A stretch of 63,701 nucleotides of DNA, counting the filler, from Octopus bimaculoides (lineage: Eukaryota), in NCBI RefSeq assembly GCF_001194135.2. It is 6 parts of 6 records of this genome, joined end to end, with 100 filler letters (N's around TTAATTAATTAA, not from the genome) between each part and the next. Parts side by side here need not be neighbours in the genome. Positions count along the whole stretch, not along the records: positions 13,026 to 23,845 come from NC_068985.1; positions 23,946 to 39,516 come from NC_068983.1; 4 more parts are not named here. The stretch is one strand, 5' to 3'. This document shows positions 13,831 to 26,848 of this stretch, in pieces (position 1 is the stretch's first letter; the number at the start of each line of letters is the position of its first letter). A model generated the notes under the pieces. It was given only the letters and a program-made list of their open reading frames with translations. It was not told the DNA's origin and ran no database searches. Position numbers and translations under genes: made by a program.

Positions 13831-15009
13831 TCAACTAACATGGGGAATGTTGCGTTCTCGGTCACTAATAGCAGGGTTACCCTAAATCATTTTCATTCCC
13901 CGGGTTTTCCTAGCATTTGGAGATCCTTGTTCGAGGTGTATTTTACCTTATAATTACAGCTGCTCCTTCTCTGGGCCTCGTTATAAATACGGATATACAT
14001 TTCCTTAGTTTAGCTATTGTTTTACGAATGTTTATTAGCAAGTTTTTGAGGATGATAGGAGAACGATTAAATATTTTATTAATGTAATTTATGATCTCTT
14101 TAAGTTTTCTATAAGATATGCAGGTTCCTAAACCCCAGCCTATTGAGTATAAATGTTTATACCAATATTGCTAGTTCCTTCCTAAAATAAAGCTATTGTG
14201 CTTAACATCCTTTCAATTTAAACAGATCCCAAACTAAATTTATAAAGTATATCACCCTTTCAGTTAAAACTTTAGAGCTAATATTCCCAGATTCTTCCCA
14301 CAATAAATCTGTATGACATGATCTAATTTTCAGTTCAGACGTTAGAACCAAATCGACCAGATACTTTTTGCACGAAATCTATTGTGTATAGCCACTCTTT
14401 AGTCTAATCGTTAGAACTGTTATTGTTAGATACTTTCTAAACTTAATCTACAAATTCTTCCGCAGCAACTATAAATTCCGCAAAGGTTTTAACATGTACA
14501 ATCCAAAAGGAAATTATAGCTGCACTGCCAATTTCACCTCATTGTCAGCTTGAATCAATACACAAAATAGCTAAACTTCCCTCTGAGAAGTTATTCCTCA
14601 CCTTATTGCAACTCTCTTAAAAAAGTACATGCCCAATAAACGTTAAATACCCCCAAAGAAATATAATTTACTGTACTAAACTCTCACCGAACAATAACAG
14701 CAACACCACAGAGCGCTACATAGGCCGCATTGTGAACACAATTGTATCTAGGTATATTTAACATACGCACACTTTCAAATATAAAAGCGAAATGTCTGTA
14801 ACAACTCTTTCAAAAGCGGCCTAATGGTTAGGTTTCTTAACTTGCGCATCATTACATCATGGTTTCAATTCCTGTATCATGCGGATTGTTGTGTTTTCGA
14901 GCAAGCTACTTCGTTTCATTTCGTCCCGATCCATTCAAATGAAATCATTACCAGTCGACTGCTATTTGGCATTAGGTGAATGGGTGAGTTTGATGCTGCT
15001 GCCCTCATC

Positions 15010-15210
15010 TGTGTTTCCTGCCGTTAGTTAGGCTCATCTGAAACCCTTGACAAGAGGTGAACCAGTTTTGTTTTGAAGACATCTACATCCACACCATGCA
15101 GGTCTCTCAGGCATTTTAGAAGGATATTGTAAAGCTGTGGGCCCTCGAACCCGAGTTGTTGCAATATCTGGTCCTGTATTTTGATGGTGATGCTGGGATC
15201 CTTGGCATAT
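15010..15210 (-). mobile_element. CR1/L2-like LINE ORF2 C-terminal remnant
   Basis: Minus-strand GPQLYNILLKCLRDLHGVDVDVFKTKLVHLLSRVSDEP resembles the typical CR1-group ending (L-F/Y-N-x-L-P...F-K-x-x-L-D). Confidence 0.65.
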
Positions 15211-15217
15211 ATGTATA

Positions 15218-15273
<56 letters not shown>

Positions 15274-16191
15274 CATGTACACATACACAACCTGACACAA
15301 ACACAGACACAGACACAGACACACACATCTGAAATATCAGTCTCTCCAAGGTGTGGAGATAGGTATTCTTTCTTTGATGAAAGTCTACCACAGTTTGAAT
15401 TTGATTAGAAAGATCTTATCTTTCAGTACACGAGAGTGATAAAAAAAAATCTGCTTTCTAACTACTTTGTTTACTTAATCACCGATGCTACAATTGTATG
15501 TCTATAGAAAAATTAAACCATATTTTCCATGCACACATATATGGTATATGCTTCGGTGTACACATACATACGTACGTAAATACATACATACATACAAACA
15601 TACGTACGTACATACATACATACATACATTCATGAAGATATATATTCAAATAGATCGCTGGGAAGTGTTTTTTTTTCACCAGTCGAGTTGCTTATTTTAA
15701 TGATTTGCCCAAAGGAAAACTTATTATTTTGTTTATTATTGCATTCATATATTTACTTGAAATTTCGTCTGACGTATAATCGATTCATCGCAAGATTTTT
15801 ATTTACATTGTACGAAACAACAGAGGCGACTAACTTTATCTCTAATGTTTATTTTTCTAAAGTTAGCTCGTTACTGTAGGACACATTCTGGTTTTGTACA
15901 CTATTGCTAAAGAACTGACAACTAAAGCTACATAGCGTAGAAAAAACACGGAATGAAATGAATTGGCATAAAAAAAAAGACATGTAGGAAACAATAAAAA
16001 ATGGTGTGTTATTCTCGTTAGTCGAAAACTTTCCTTCTATGTATCTAAATATTTATCCTCGTTACTTGTAATTTATCTACCTACTTAACTATCTATCTAT
16101 CTTTCTATATCTGTCTGTCTGTCTGTCTGTCCGTCCGTCCGTCCGTCCGTCCGTCCGTCTGTCTGTCTGTCTGCCTGTCTGTCTAACAACG

Positions 16192-16259
<68 letters not shown>

Positions 16260-16657
16260 GTCTGTCTGTCTGTCTGCTCGATCACACCTACACACACATA
16301 CACATATACATCTGTTCACTTGCGCCATCATCAAAACCATCCAATCGTATCGCTACACGCAATGCCTAAAACAACCAAATGACCATTAAACCACGACCTA
16401 ACATTTTAGGACAAAAAAAAAAAAACGCGTTGGTTTGGTTAACAGTTCTTTGTACAAAGCCATTCTCCCAATGTTCATGGGTTGACCTGAGGTGGGTGGG
16501 GAGGGGGTTTAAACAAACACCGAGCACTAGAAACCCCCNNNNNNNNNNNNNNNNNNNNNNNNNNNNNNNNNNNNNNNNNNNNNNNNNNNNNNNNNNNNNN
16601 NNNNNNNNNNNNNNNNCACCACCACCACCACCGGTTATTAGATGCCATTACATACTA

Positions 16658-17219
16658 TAGGGTGGGGCAGAGAGGACGGACATTTTTGAAAAATTGACAA
16701 AATCATTAACTTTAATTGCAAACAAATTTTATTGACATCAATGTGTTCGTATTGAATTACCACCTGTCAAAATTAAGTGTGGAAAACAACATGCATCATG
16801 TGCTGTCCGTTTTCATTGATGCATTTCTGAAGGCATTATTGGAAGTTGGTCTCCACTCTCCAGCATTGCTCTGTGCAAAGTCCCATGGCTTCAACTGTTG
16901 CCCAGTGAACAATTTTTACAGGTCTAAATGTAGGTCTTCATGCAAAATACGCTTTACTGATCGATTACCGATGCCAAGTTCAGTGGAATGTCTCGGAACA
17001 GAGCGATTCGAACTCCGTATCAAAGCTTGTTTGACGCGTAACTGTCGTAGACGAACACGCGATGCTCTATCGTCCACAGCGCCATGGCTTCACCTGAAAA
17101 GAAAAGTAAAGAAATGCTAAGACACCACGGACCGAATGGTACCTGTCGGACATATGTCTCTTTCCTTGGGGCTGAGTAATAGCCATTTCAAAAACGTCCC
17201 TCCTCTATGCCCCACCCTG
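16658..17219 (-). mobile_element. Internally deleted Tc1/mariner-superfamily element with TIRs
   Basis: Terminal inverted repeats agggtggggcagagaggacggacattttt / aaaaacgtccctcctctatgccccaccct. The minus strand carries an N-terminal MALWTIEHRVFVYDSY... (HTH DUF4817-like) and a C-terminal CINENGQHM-like remnant. Confidence 0.75.
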
Positions 17220-17769
17220 TTCTAAGAACTATCACTTCTGATACATATTACCTCTATTCACCTCACGTATCATGACTTCCAACCGGAAATAACTCCTGCT
17301 TCCCCTGCAGTAAACTTGACGGCCTTCTATCAAATACAAGAGAGTCAAAGTATTTTGTTATAGGAGAGTGGATCCTGCATAGATCAGACGGCACTAAAAT
17401 CATACTGGTATCTCGATACAAAGAAAAGCAATAATTAACGAGATAAAAGAACGTATTCGTTTTGGAATGCCTTCATCGTTGCTATCACCTAAGTTTTGTT
17501 TCTGTATTTCACGTTCCATTGGAAATATAATGCAATGTTCTCCTATATCATTAGGAAATGCTGTCAGAAAATACAAGCAATACAGTTCAATATTAAATTT
17601 GGGTGCACTGTGACCTGTCCACTGAGAACTTCTGCTGGATAAGATTATTGAATAGATTACAGAAGCATAACGAAAACATTTATACCTTCATGAAAATAAA
17701 AGATACTTACGATACGAAAATCTTACAACATCAATGGTTCATATTAAAAGTTGTCAGACTTTCTCAAGA

Positions 17770-17970
17770 GAGATATTTATTAATTTCAAAGAGGCTCAAA
17801 GCTGTAATCTTCTTCAAAGTAGAATCCTCTGACTTCATTTCGATTGTCATAGCACTCCAACCAGTTTGTGAAAGTCCCATGCAAGTCCTCCAAAGTGAAG
17901 ATGCCCAAGAACCTTGTCACGGCCTCTTCTATCTTCAAAACGGATGCCTCTGAGGTTCCCCTTCAGCTTG
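17770..17970 (-). mobile_element. Mariner transposase C-terminal remnant
   Basis: Minus-strand LRGIRFED...FTNWLECYDNRNEVRGFYFEED resembles the mariner C-terminus. Confidence 0.5.
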
Positions 17971-19831
17971 TGGAACGATTAAAAATAACAGGGAGTGAGC
18001 TGTAACGAAGGTTTTGATGCCCGTCTCTGTCAAGTTGTCCGTTACCAGGATGCCGATCACTGAGTACCCTGGGAACAAAATTTGCAAATGTTCAGATCTG
18101 GGTACAGTTGCCATATCAATTCCAAACTATACATTTATTGTCTAAAAAAGCCTACGAGGGCTTCACCCTGAAAATTGCGAATTTTCCTAATCAACTCTGA
18201 TGTTTTGACGTCTCTCTCCCCAACACCCTTCATCGTCTCTCAGCTCCTCTTTATTATTCTTGTTTCAGCAAAAGAGTTGATTTATAAGTAGTCTGGAGAA
18301 ATTCATGAATTCCTGTAGCGTTTTTGCCCAGTTTAACACAAAACTTTACTGCTTAGCAAATTCTAAACGTCCCGACTGCATTCGGCAAACTAGTTAGCTG
18401 TAACAAGCAGTGTTTAGCAGATTGTGTTCAAAGTGCTGTTACAGCCGTCTCTTTCAATCTATAATAACAAACGTTGGCAGGTTAGCTTATTAGATATATG
18501 GTAATGATATAATGAATTTACAATAAACACGGACACTTATAACTATGTAATTGATGCAAGCACTTTCTTTAACTTTCATAAACAGGCAAAATTGACCACT
18601 TCAGGATTAATAGTCAGAACGTAAAGGAAACAATAAAATTCCCAAGGTGTTTACCCGATTTCTGGAACTGTATTAATTCTGCCATAAATTATATTCCTGT
18701 AACAAAAGATAATAAAGTTCACAATATAAGTCAGTCCATGTGTGTAGTAGCGCCCAGTATGAGCAATAAATGAAATTTTATACAGCTTTTACCAAACTGA
18801 TATGCAATCTGTAAATGATCAAGTTTCCTCTAATGTTTGGTGGTGTAGGGTATCTAATATAATGATTGTCACTTCAACGTGTTGGCTAATGATAGACTGT
18901 AGTTGCAAGGATTGGATTGGAAGCATAAAATGAAGAGGCGTAAGTCGTAGCTGAAGTAGCATATACAATTTCTGAGAAGAAATTCACAGCCGGAAACGTT
19001 AGTCTCTCTCTTTCTCACTCCCTCACTCTTTTAGTTTACTTTATCTCTACTCCATCTCATAGTACAATAGTTTACATCATGTCATTTCAGTTTTTATTTC
19101 CTATATAACAAAAGGCTTATATAAACACTTTGAAATGTTAAGACTTTCTAGATGACAAAGGAAAACATACAGTAAAACCTTCAGAGAATCAAACTTCCAG
19201 TGAAGATTTATAAATATTTGCGAGAATTTTATATTTGATTCTCCTGCAAGGTAGATACACACACTTGATGAGTATATGCATTTATGCACTCGCACATCAA
19301 TATGATCTCAATTGTATAGAATCATTGAAAAATCAAATCAAAGGATTTTGTTACTTGTTAGCAATCGGATATCACCAAGAGCATCAAAGAAAAAATTAAA
19401 GAAATCTAAGAAGTCCAATAAATATATGTATATAATATTACTACACAGACACACACATGCATAGACATGTATGTATATAAGCTAACACAAATGCGTGCGC
19501 GCGGTGAACAGCGACCCATATACAGTCAAATACGCACGCATGAACGTAAGTAGGAGCAACTTGCAATAGTCGTACGCAGTAAACCAACTGAACAAGCATT
19601 TGGTTCTGAGTTAATATCGATGTTGTGATCCAAAATTTCATTACAAGTTCGCTGAGTTATTCTCCTACTTTAGAACTTTAAATGACAGCGTGGGTTCACT
19701 GAAATCATGTGTTGGTATATAAATATCGCTACACATGAAAACCACTTAAACAGTTGCTTTCGAATAAAATGGAAAATATATTAATAAAGAACAGAAAAAA
19801 AAAGAGAAACAATAATAAGAAATACAATATC

Positions 19832-19879
19832 ACCACCACCACCACCACCACCACCACCACCACCACCACCACCACCGCA

Positions 19880-19911
<32 letters not shown>

Positions 19912-19938
19912 AAACAACAACAACAACAACAACAACAA
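19832..19938. repeat. Compound trinucleotide microsatellite (CAC)n(TAC)n(AAC)n
   Basis: Directly visible; it produces the poly-T/poly-V ORFs in the track. Confidence 0.95.
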
Positions 19939-20086
19939 TAACGGCCATAATATATAAAACCACAGCAAGCTCAGCGCACATGCGAGACACCTGAATCTGT
20001 GCTAGATTATAACATGAAAGTACTTGGTGAATATGGCGACGACCTGTTGAAATACTAGAAATAAAATTCAATAGCAATATCGCCAG

Positions 20087-20128
<42 letters not shown>

Positions 20129-21059
20129 CATCAGAGGCAGCAGTAGTAGCAGTAGTAGAGCTAGTGGTGGTAGTGGTGGAGGTGATGGGGTTTTTTTTTT
20201 TCGGAAATGTAGTCTTGTGGTTAGGAACTACGTCAGATTTAATTCAGTGTCAATTCTGTCAAGTTATGCTTGATTCCAACATTTAGTGCCAAGACGACCG
20301 ACTGATGTGTTTGGTTAACGAGGATGTGATGGATTGTAACAGACAGTTAGCCGTTGAACCAAAAATATTTATAGTACAGTGAAAGAAAGATTTTTTTTTT
20401 CCCTATCATGATTTATTTTGAAATTCAAGTAGAAAGAAATTTAAATTACATATGTAAAGGGACGATTCTAAAGATATTTATAACAAAAATAAATATAATT
20501 TTAAAAAAATTAATTCTAGAATGCAAATTATTTTTACTGACGAAACGAATGCAAAAAAACTCCTCCCTTAGAACATAACATAACATATCACATATAACTG
20601 TCAAAAATTATTTTAAAATCAAGGGAGACAAACTGAACATTGATTGTTTTCTGTGAATATTAAAGCCATGTTGTGGATAATGACTACAGGCTTCTCTACC
20701 GCAAAGTGGTTTTCATGGCTGGGTGACAGCTAGCAAGCTGTTTTGGTTTATCGTTAGATCGGCTCTGATCAAACACATCTATGGTAATAAATGTTCCAGC
20801 AGTGACCGTCCAGTTAGCATCAGGGAACATATCGTGTTTGTGTGGTTAAGAAATTCGCTTCGAGCCCCACGGTTGCCTGTTTGATTCTACACAGCAAAGT
20901 TTTTTTTTGCTAAGCTTTGTGAGTGAAAATTGACAGAGGGTAACTGAGAAACTTTCCAGAAAAAAGCTAAAAGATCATCACTATCAGTCAGATAGTCTAT
21001 ATCCAAGGTTAAGCTGCCAAGATTCTCCAGTTACCTATGTCTTCCAGTTCTATATTTAA

Positions 21060-21173
21060 GAGATGAGGAATTATGTACATTAATTACATATGCCATATGT
21101 CCGGGCATGTGGTATAATGGTTAAGAGCGCGGGCTACTAACCCCAAGATTCCGAGTTCGATTCCAGGCAGTGA

Positions 21174-21212
<39 letters not shown>

Positions 21213-21375
21213 CAACAACAACAACAACGAAAAATACTTTAGGAATGAGAACCCATGTTCGAAATTTCCCCAAGACACCTGATGAAGGCTGAAGGGTATA
21301 ACAACCGAAACGTTGTGTTAATAACAAACAAGATGAAGACAAATATCCGTCGAATGTAAATAATGTATGTATTGG
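21060..21375 (+). mobile_element. Repeat with tRNA-like head, (AAT)n(AAC)n tract and hammerhead motif, bounded by short inverted repeats
   Basis: A-box-like tggtataatggtt and B-box gagttcgattcc lie in about 21105-21170. A hammerhead lies at 21274-21319. The ends agatgaggaattatgtacattaattacat and atgtaaataatgta are inverted. A related copy is at 37231-37395. Confidence 0.75.
21274..21319 (+). ncRNA. Minimal type-I hammerhead ribozyme (family 1)
   Basis: gacac-CTGATGA-a-ggctg(aagggtataa)caacc-GAAA-CGTT-gtgtt. Stem I is gacac/gtgtt, stem II has one mismatch, stem III is the palindrome ACGT, and the cleavage triplet is GUU. Confidence 0.75.
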
Positions 21376-22809
21376 TGTTGATTCGTTCGATTAAACCATG
21401 GACCATGGTGCTCCAGCTTGGCTGCAGTTCAATGACTAAAAGGCTAGAACAAATAAATAATAAATATGGCGATAATTTTCTTCAGGAATATGAAATATTT
21501 CCTAACATGGCGTTAAGCTATCATCAGCTTTTGCTTAATATTTACTCCCTCCGGCCCTTGTTTTCTCCCCAACTCTCTCTCTCTATCTATCTATCTATCT
21601 ATCTATCTGTCAACCTGCCTATCTTTCTGTTTATCCATCTCTCTATACCAAGGAAAAACTCTTACAAATCAGTTACATCTGCCAGGAATAGCAACCGAAT
21701 CTATTCCAAATAAAGTCCTACTGCCTTGACATATCAATTGCAGATTAAATAACTTACTCTAAGGCATATTTCGCCTGAAATAAAAAAGAAAAAAAAAGAA
21801 ATTGTCATATTCTCTATGTGTTTTGGTCATAGTCTTCTAAAATGGATTTAAAATAACAAAAGCGGCCAGAAAAAAAAACGTATAGAAACCTTGAGATTGA
21901 TCGATACGTATAATACAATAACACAAAAGGGTAACACTTAAAAAGGTGAAGGAAGAGGGTGAAATAGAATATATTTAAATGAAAGAAGACAAAATAAATT
22001 AAGAAGTAAAAAAAATGGAAAAAATATTAGAGCACAAAGAGGTATGAGAAAGTTTAGTTTTCCGGATAGATTTAGAGATATAAAAGTTTTAAAAGTTCAT
22101 GAATTCAAGAGATTAATGATGCATAAAATGTTTTTTGATATGGAAATAGATATAACAGTAGATGAGTAGATAAGTAAGTAAGTAGACAGAGAGAAGGGCA
22201 GATCGATAGCTAGCTGGTTAGATAGATAGATAGATCGATCGATCGATCGATAGATAGATAGATAGATAGATAGATAAAACGACAGATAGATAAATAAAAC
22301 GACGGACAGACAGACAGAACAACGCATTGTACTAACAACAATATCACTTCCAATGTTACAGAAATATATCAATGTCTTACCATGGTAAATTAATAATATA
22401 GAATAAATGGTTGGTTTTAATTAAATCAGTTTGAAATCTAATACGCCCGTTTCATATATGTCCTTGTTATGTATAATCATTGAATATCTGATGAGTAAAA
22501 TTAATCATCATTTAATTAAAATTTCTATTTATGAAGAACTTAGAATTTGAAGAATATAAAATTGATTGCTGCTCGTAATAGCACTGAACCGCTAATAAAC
22601 GAAGTAAACGGATGTTTCAGCTGTATCGTGTCTCCAATAAAAGTGTCTGAGGATATTCTTTACCACTTCAACATAATGAAGGTCGGGGTCAAAATAATTT
22701 GATCGCTTTAGTTGGTACAAATAACCACACAGAACACTAGTCTCACAAATAATGCTGGAAGATATCATTTAAGAGGATCTCTATGAAATATAATCGTTCC
22801 AAAATATTG

Positions 22810-23010
22810 CTTTCTCCTCTAGGCACAAGGCCTGAAATTTTTGGGGAGTAGGCCAGTCGATTAGGTCGACCTCAGTAAGTAACTGGTACTTAATTTATCG
22901 ATCCCGAAAGGATAAAAGGAAAAGTCAACTTCAACAGAATTTGAACTCAGTACGTAGCAACGGGTCACATACCGCTAATCACTTCGTCAGGCGTGCTAAT
23001 GGTTCTAATA
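22810..23010 (-). mobile_element. SINE family B
   Basis: Reverse complement of the family-B body (cccgaaaggataaaaggaaaagtcaac...tttgaactcag). Confidence 0.75.
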
Positions 23011-23163
23011 GTAATGATAATAATGACTGCAATATGTGTATCTCTTATTACGAATAGAAATAGTTAGGGAGAATCATTGTCATGTGGTGAGAGGACATTT
23101 TTGGGGTTTGAATAATTCACCTCAGGAAACAATGCAATGGCGGCCAAATCTAGGATTTGTATA

Positions 23164-23194
<31 letters not shown>

Positions 23195-23224
23195 TGTATG
23201 TATGCATGCATGCATGTGTGTGTG

Positions 23225-23440
23225 TGCGTATGTGTGTGTCTGTGTTTGTTCTCCACCAACGCTTGAGAACCGCTATTGGTGTGTTTACATCCTCTGTAGC
23301 GGCTCAGCAAAAAGAAGCCTATAGAATGAATATCAGGCTTTAAAACATGAGTATTGGGGCCGATTCATTCGACTAAAACCTCTTCATGCGGTGCCCCAGC
23401 ATGACCGCAGTCTAATTACTGAAACAAATAAAAAACAAAA
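23225..23440 (+). mobile_element. SINE family A, 3' half
   Basis: gtttgttctccaccaacgcttgag...ggtgccccagcatgaccgcagtc...actgaaacaaataaaa. Confidence 0.7.
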
Positions 23441-23845
23441 AGTACCACTTGAAACATTTGGACATTAAGACTGTTCTGACAGATCCATTATTATATAAGT
23501 ATAATAATGTTAATTAGATCCTATACGAACTAGAAAACCCAGACAGATAGAAAAGAACAGAAATGACGGCATTTATAATACACCGTGCAAAATTTGCGAT
23601 CGAAATATTAGATTTACTTGAAGGTAAAGATTATGCAACCAGAAATCTATTACAAAATACCTCCTGTAGGAGTACAAGTATATCTCGGAGATAATAAAAG
23701 AAAGTTGAAAAACTGAAAAAAATCCTTTCTGTCTTCTGGGAAGTTAAGGAACTCAAAGCAGGAGTGGAACTGATAGGTAATTATGAAAAAGAAAGAACAG
23801 AAGGTATGAAAAGCATAACAACTAAGCAAAAAAAAAAAAAAAAAA

Positions 23846-23945
23846 NNNNNNNNNNNNNNNNNNNNNNNNNNNNNNNNNNNNNNNNNNNNTTAATTAATTA
23901 ANNNNNNNNNNNNNNNNNNNNNNNNNNNNNNNNNNNNNNNNNNNN
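23846..23945. other. Artificial join spacer
   Basis: 44 N + TTAATTAATTAA (23890-23901) + 44 N. Confidence 0.95.
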
Positions 23946-24727
23946 GAGTAGAAAAGAATATCTGACTCACTAGCGTATCTAGGAGGGGGCGGTAGGGGCG
24001 GTCCGCCTCGGGCGGCACTTTTATAGAGGTGACATTTTTGGGTCTGCTGAAGGCAATAATGTAATTTTTGTGGGGTCCGGGGGCGGCAAACGGAAGGGTC
24101 ACCGCGGATGGGACATATTCTAGCTACGTTTGTAATCTGACTGCAGCGAGTTTGGAGACCACATTAGAGATTCCCGTACTTTTGTTTACTTGTATCTTTT
24201 TTTTTACCTGTTTCAGTCATTAGACTGCGGTCATGCTGGGGCACCACCTTGAAGAATTTTAGTCGAACGAACGATCCCAGTACTTATTATTTTTTGTAAA
24301 GCATGGTTCTTATTCCATCGATCACTTTCGTAGAACTGCTAAGTTATTGGAAGGTAAACACACCATCACCGGATGTGTGTGTCATTGTGTCTGTCCCTCA
24401 CCACCGCTTGACAATTGATGTTGGTTTGTTTACATCCCCATAACGTAGCAGTTCAGTAAAAGAGACCGATATAAAAAGAATTAGGCTTTAAAAAAAAAGT
24501 AGTGGGGTTGTTTCATTCAACTAAAAACAAAACTCGGCAAGACTTCCTTTTGCACCACCACCCCCAAACACGTTTTTAAAAAAAAATTTTTTTTCTACAC
24601 AAACCCCCGTTTTCGGCTACGGAGAATACGAATCTGCAAAAANNNNNNNNNNTTTTTTTTTGTTTTTTCAAAATATGCGGTAAAATATGGAGATTAAGAT
24701 TCTGCAAAAATTTCCAAAAATTTTTCT

Positions 24728-24786
24728 GGTTAGGGTTGGGGTTTTAGGGTTAGGGTGTTAGGGTTAAGGTTTTAGGGTTAGGGTTA
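24728..24786 (+). repeat. Degenerate interstitial (TTAGGG)n tract
   Basis: ggttagggttggggttttagggttagggtgttagggttaaggttttagggttagggtta. Confidence 0.85.
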
Positions 24787-25479
24787 CAGAAAAAAGTGAA
24801 AAATGAAGAAATCAGTGGGGGAGTAAGGTGGGGCTCAAAAAATTTCAAAATTCCGATTTTTGGCAATTTTCCGGAATCTCCGTATCCGAAAACATAGCAA
24901 AAAAATTTTTTAAAAACAATAATTTGCAAGAAAATGGGCAAGGGTGGGAGGAAGTTTTTCCCAAAACTCTTCAGCCTCAGTATAGCCTCAGGCTAATGAC
25001 CCTAACAAGAAAAATATATTTGTATACAACAGGCCTCTTTCAGTTTCTGTCTACTAAATCCATTCACGAGACTTTGGTCAGCCTGAGGCTATAGTAGAAG
25101 ACACGTAATGTGAATGTCATGCATTGGGACTGAACCCAGAACCATGTGGTTGGGAAGTAAATTTCTTTCCACACAGTCACGCCTGCTCTCTCTCTCTCTG
25201 TCTGGCTGTGGCAAAGCCTGGAGGGTGATGGACTCCATGTAGTTCTAAAAAATGTCCAGACACCCAAGCCAATACAGACTTCTACAGCTAAGCCAAAAGT
25301 GCCGCCCCCATAAAAATGTCACCCTGGGAAAACCTCCCTATTTGCTCCTCCCCTAGCTACAATACAGGTCATATATGATTTTATCAAGAGCTGAGGGCTC
25401 AAGGCAAGGATTTCTTAACCATTTGATATTAACTAAGTACATAGCTGTTATTGTTGTTGTTAATATTTATGTATAATTT

Positions 25480-26550
25480 CGTCTGTCTTCACGTTCTGAG
25501 TTCAAATTCCGCTGAGGTTGACTTTGCCTTTCATCCTTTCGGGGTCAATAAATTAAGTACCAGTTGTGTACTGGGGTCGATCTAATCGGCTGGCCCCCTC
25601 CCCCAAAATTTTGGGCCTTGTGCCTTGAGGTGAAAAGCATATTTATGCAAACAGGAGGCGGAGAGCTGGCAGAATTGTTAGCACACCAGGCAAAACGCTT
25701 AGCGGCATTTCATGTCTTTACATTCTGAGTTCAAATGCTGCTGAGGTTGATTTTTGCCATTCATCCTTTCGGGGTCGATAGATCAAGTACCATTTGAGCA
25801 TCGACCCCTCCCCCAGAATTGCTGGCATTGTGCCAAAATTCGAAACTAATATTTAAGCATGTTTGTTGTTTAACCAGCCTTGATTGAGTAGACCTATGAT
25901 CAACAGAATTCCAATCATGACCAATCCATTTGATCAGGAGTACTAGAGTGTGTGCCACATGGGGTACTCGCTGAGTTTCCCTTCCCCACCACTCCCTGAC
26001 CTTATACAAACTTACACAGCAGATCCAAAATTACTGCACCCCCACCCCCATAAAAGTGTTGTCCAGGGCGGACACCGCCCCGCGATTGCTCTTTCCACCT
26101 CAGCTACGCTACTGTCTACCCCCACTTTTCTTTTATAAACACAGTGGAGTGCTGTTTCAAGGAGATTTGTCTACTGTTTCTCACAGGTTGGAAAAAAGAA
26201 TTAGCGACAGGATAACTGTCTTGGGTTATTTAGTCATGGTCCTTTATGTTATGAGTTCAAATCCCGCCAGGATTGACTTTGCCTTTAATTGCTCTGGATT
26301 TTGCAAAATAAGCACCTGTCAAATATAGGTTTCAAATTTTGGCACAAGGCCAGCAATTTGGTGAGAGGGTTAAGGGTTAATTCAATTACATCAACCTCAG
26401 TATTCAACTGGTACTTATTTTGTCAACCTCGAAAGGATGAAAGGCAAAGTCGACCTTGAAGGTATCTGAACTCAGAACGGAAAGTTGGAAGAAATGCTGC
26501 TAAGCATTTTGTCCGGCATGAGAAAGATTCTGCCAGGCCAGCTCACCACC
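25480..26550. mobile_element. Cluster of family-B SINE copies
   Basis: Plus-strand copies at about 25480-25630, 25655-25840 and 26230-26330; a minus-strand copy at about 26335-26550. Confidence 0.75.
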
Positions 26551-26848
26551 CTAAATACCACCTCCCCTCATACACACACACACACCAAAATTTCTACCTT
26601 TGTGCCAATATAAGAAATCAGTTTTGCTGTTGTTTTCATGTTATGGTTATATATTGGATTGAGGAATAATTCATGAGTGTTTTTCTTTTTTCAAATTTAT
26701 TTTAAGCAAAAAAAACTACAACAAATTAATCAATAATATACTCTCCATTGTTGTTTACGATTTCTTCCCATTGTTCAATAAGATTGTCGATGCCTCAGCG
26801 ATAGAAATCTCCCAGTCTTGAATCAAGGAATTTGTCCAGCCAAGCCCT

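Noticed and set aside
21105-21170. A genuine tRNA gene
   Set aside because: The acceptor and anticodon stems pair poorly and it runs into a microsatellite; it is a SINE-type head.
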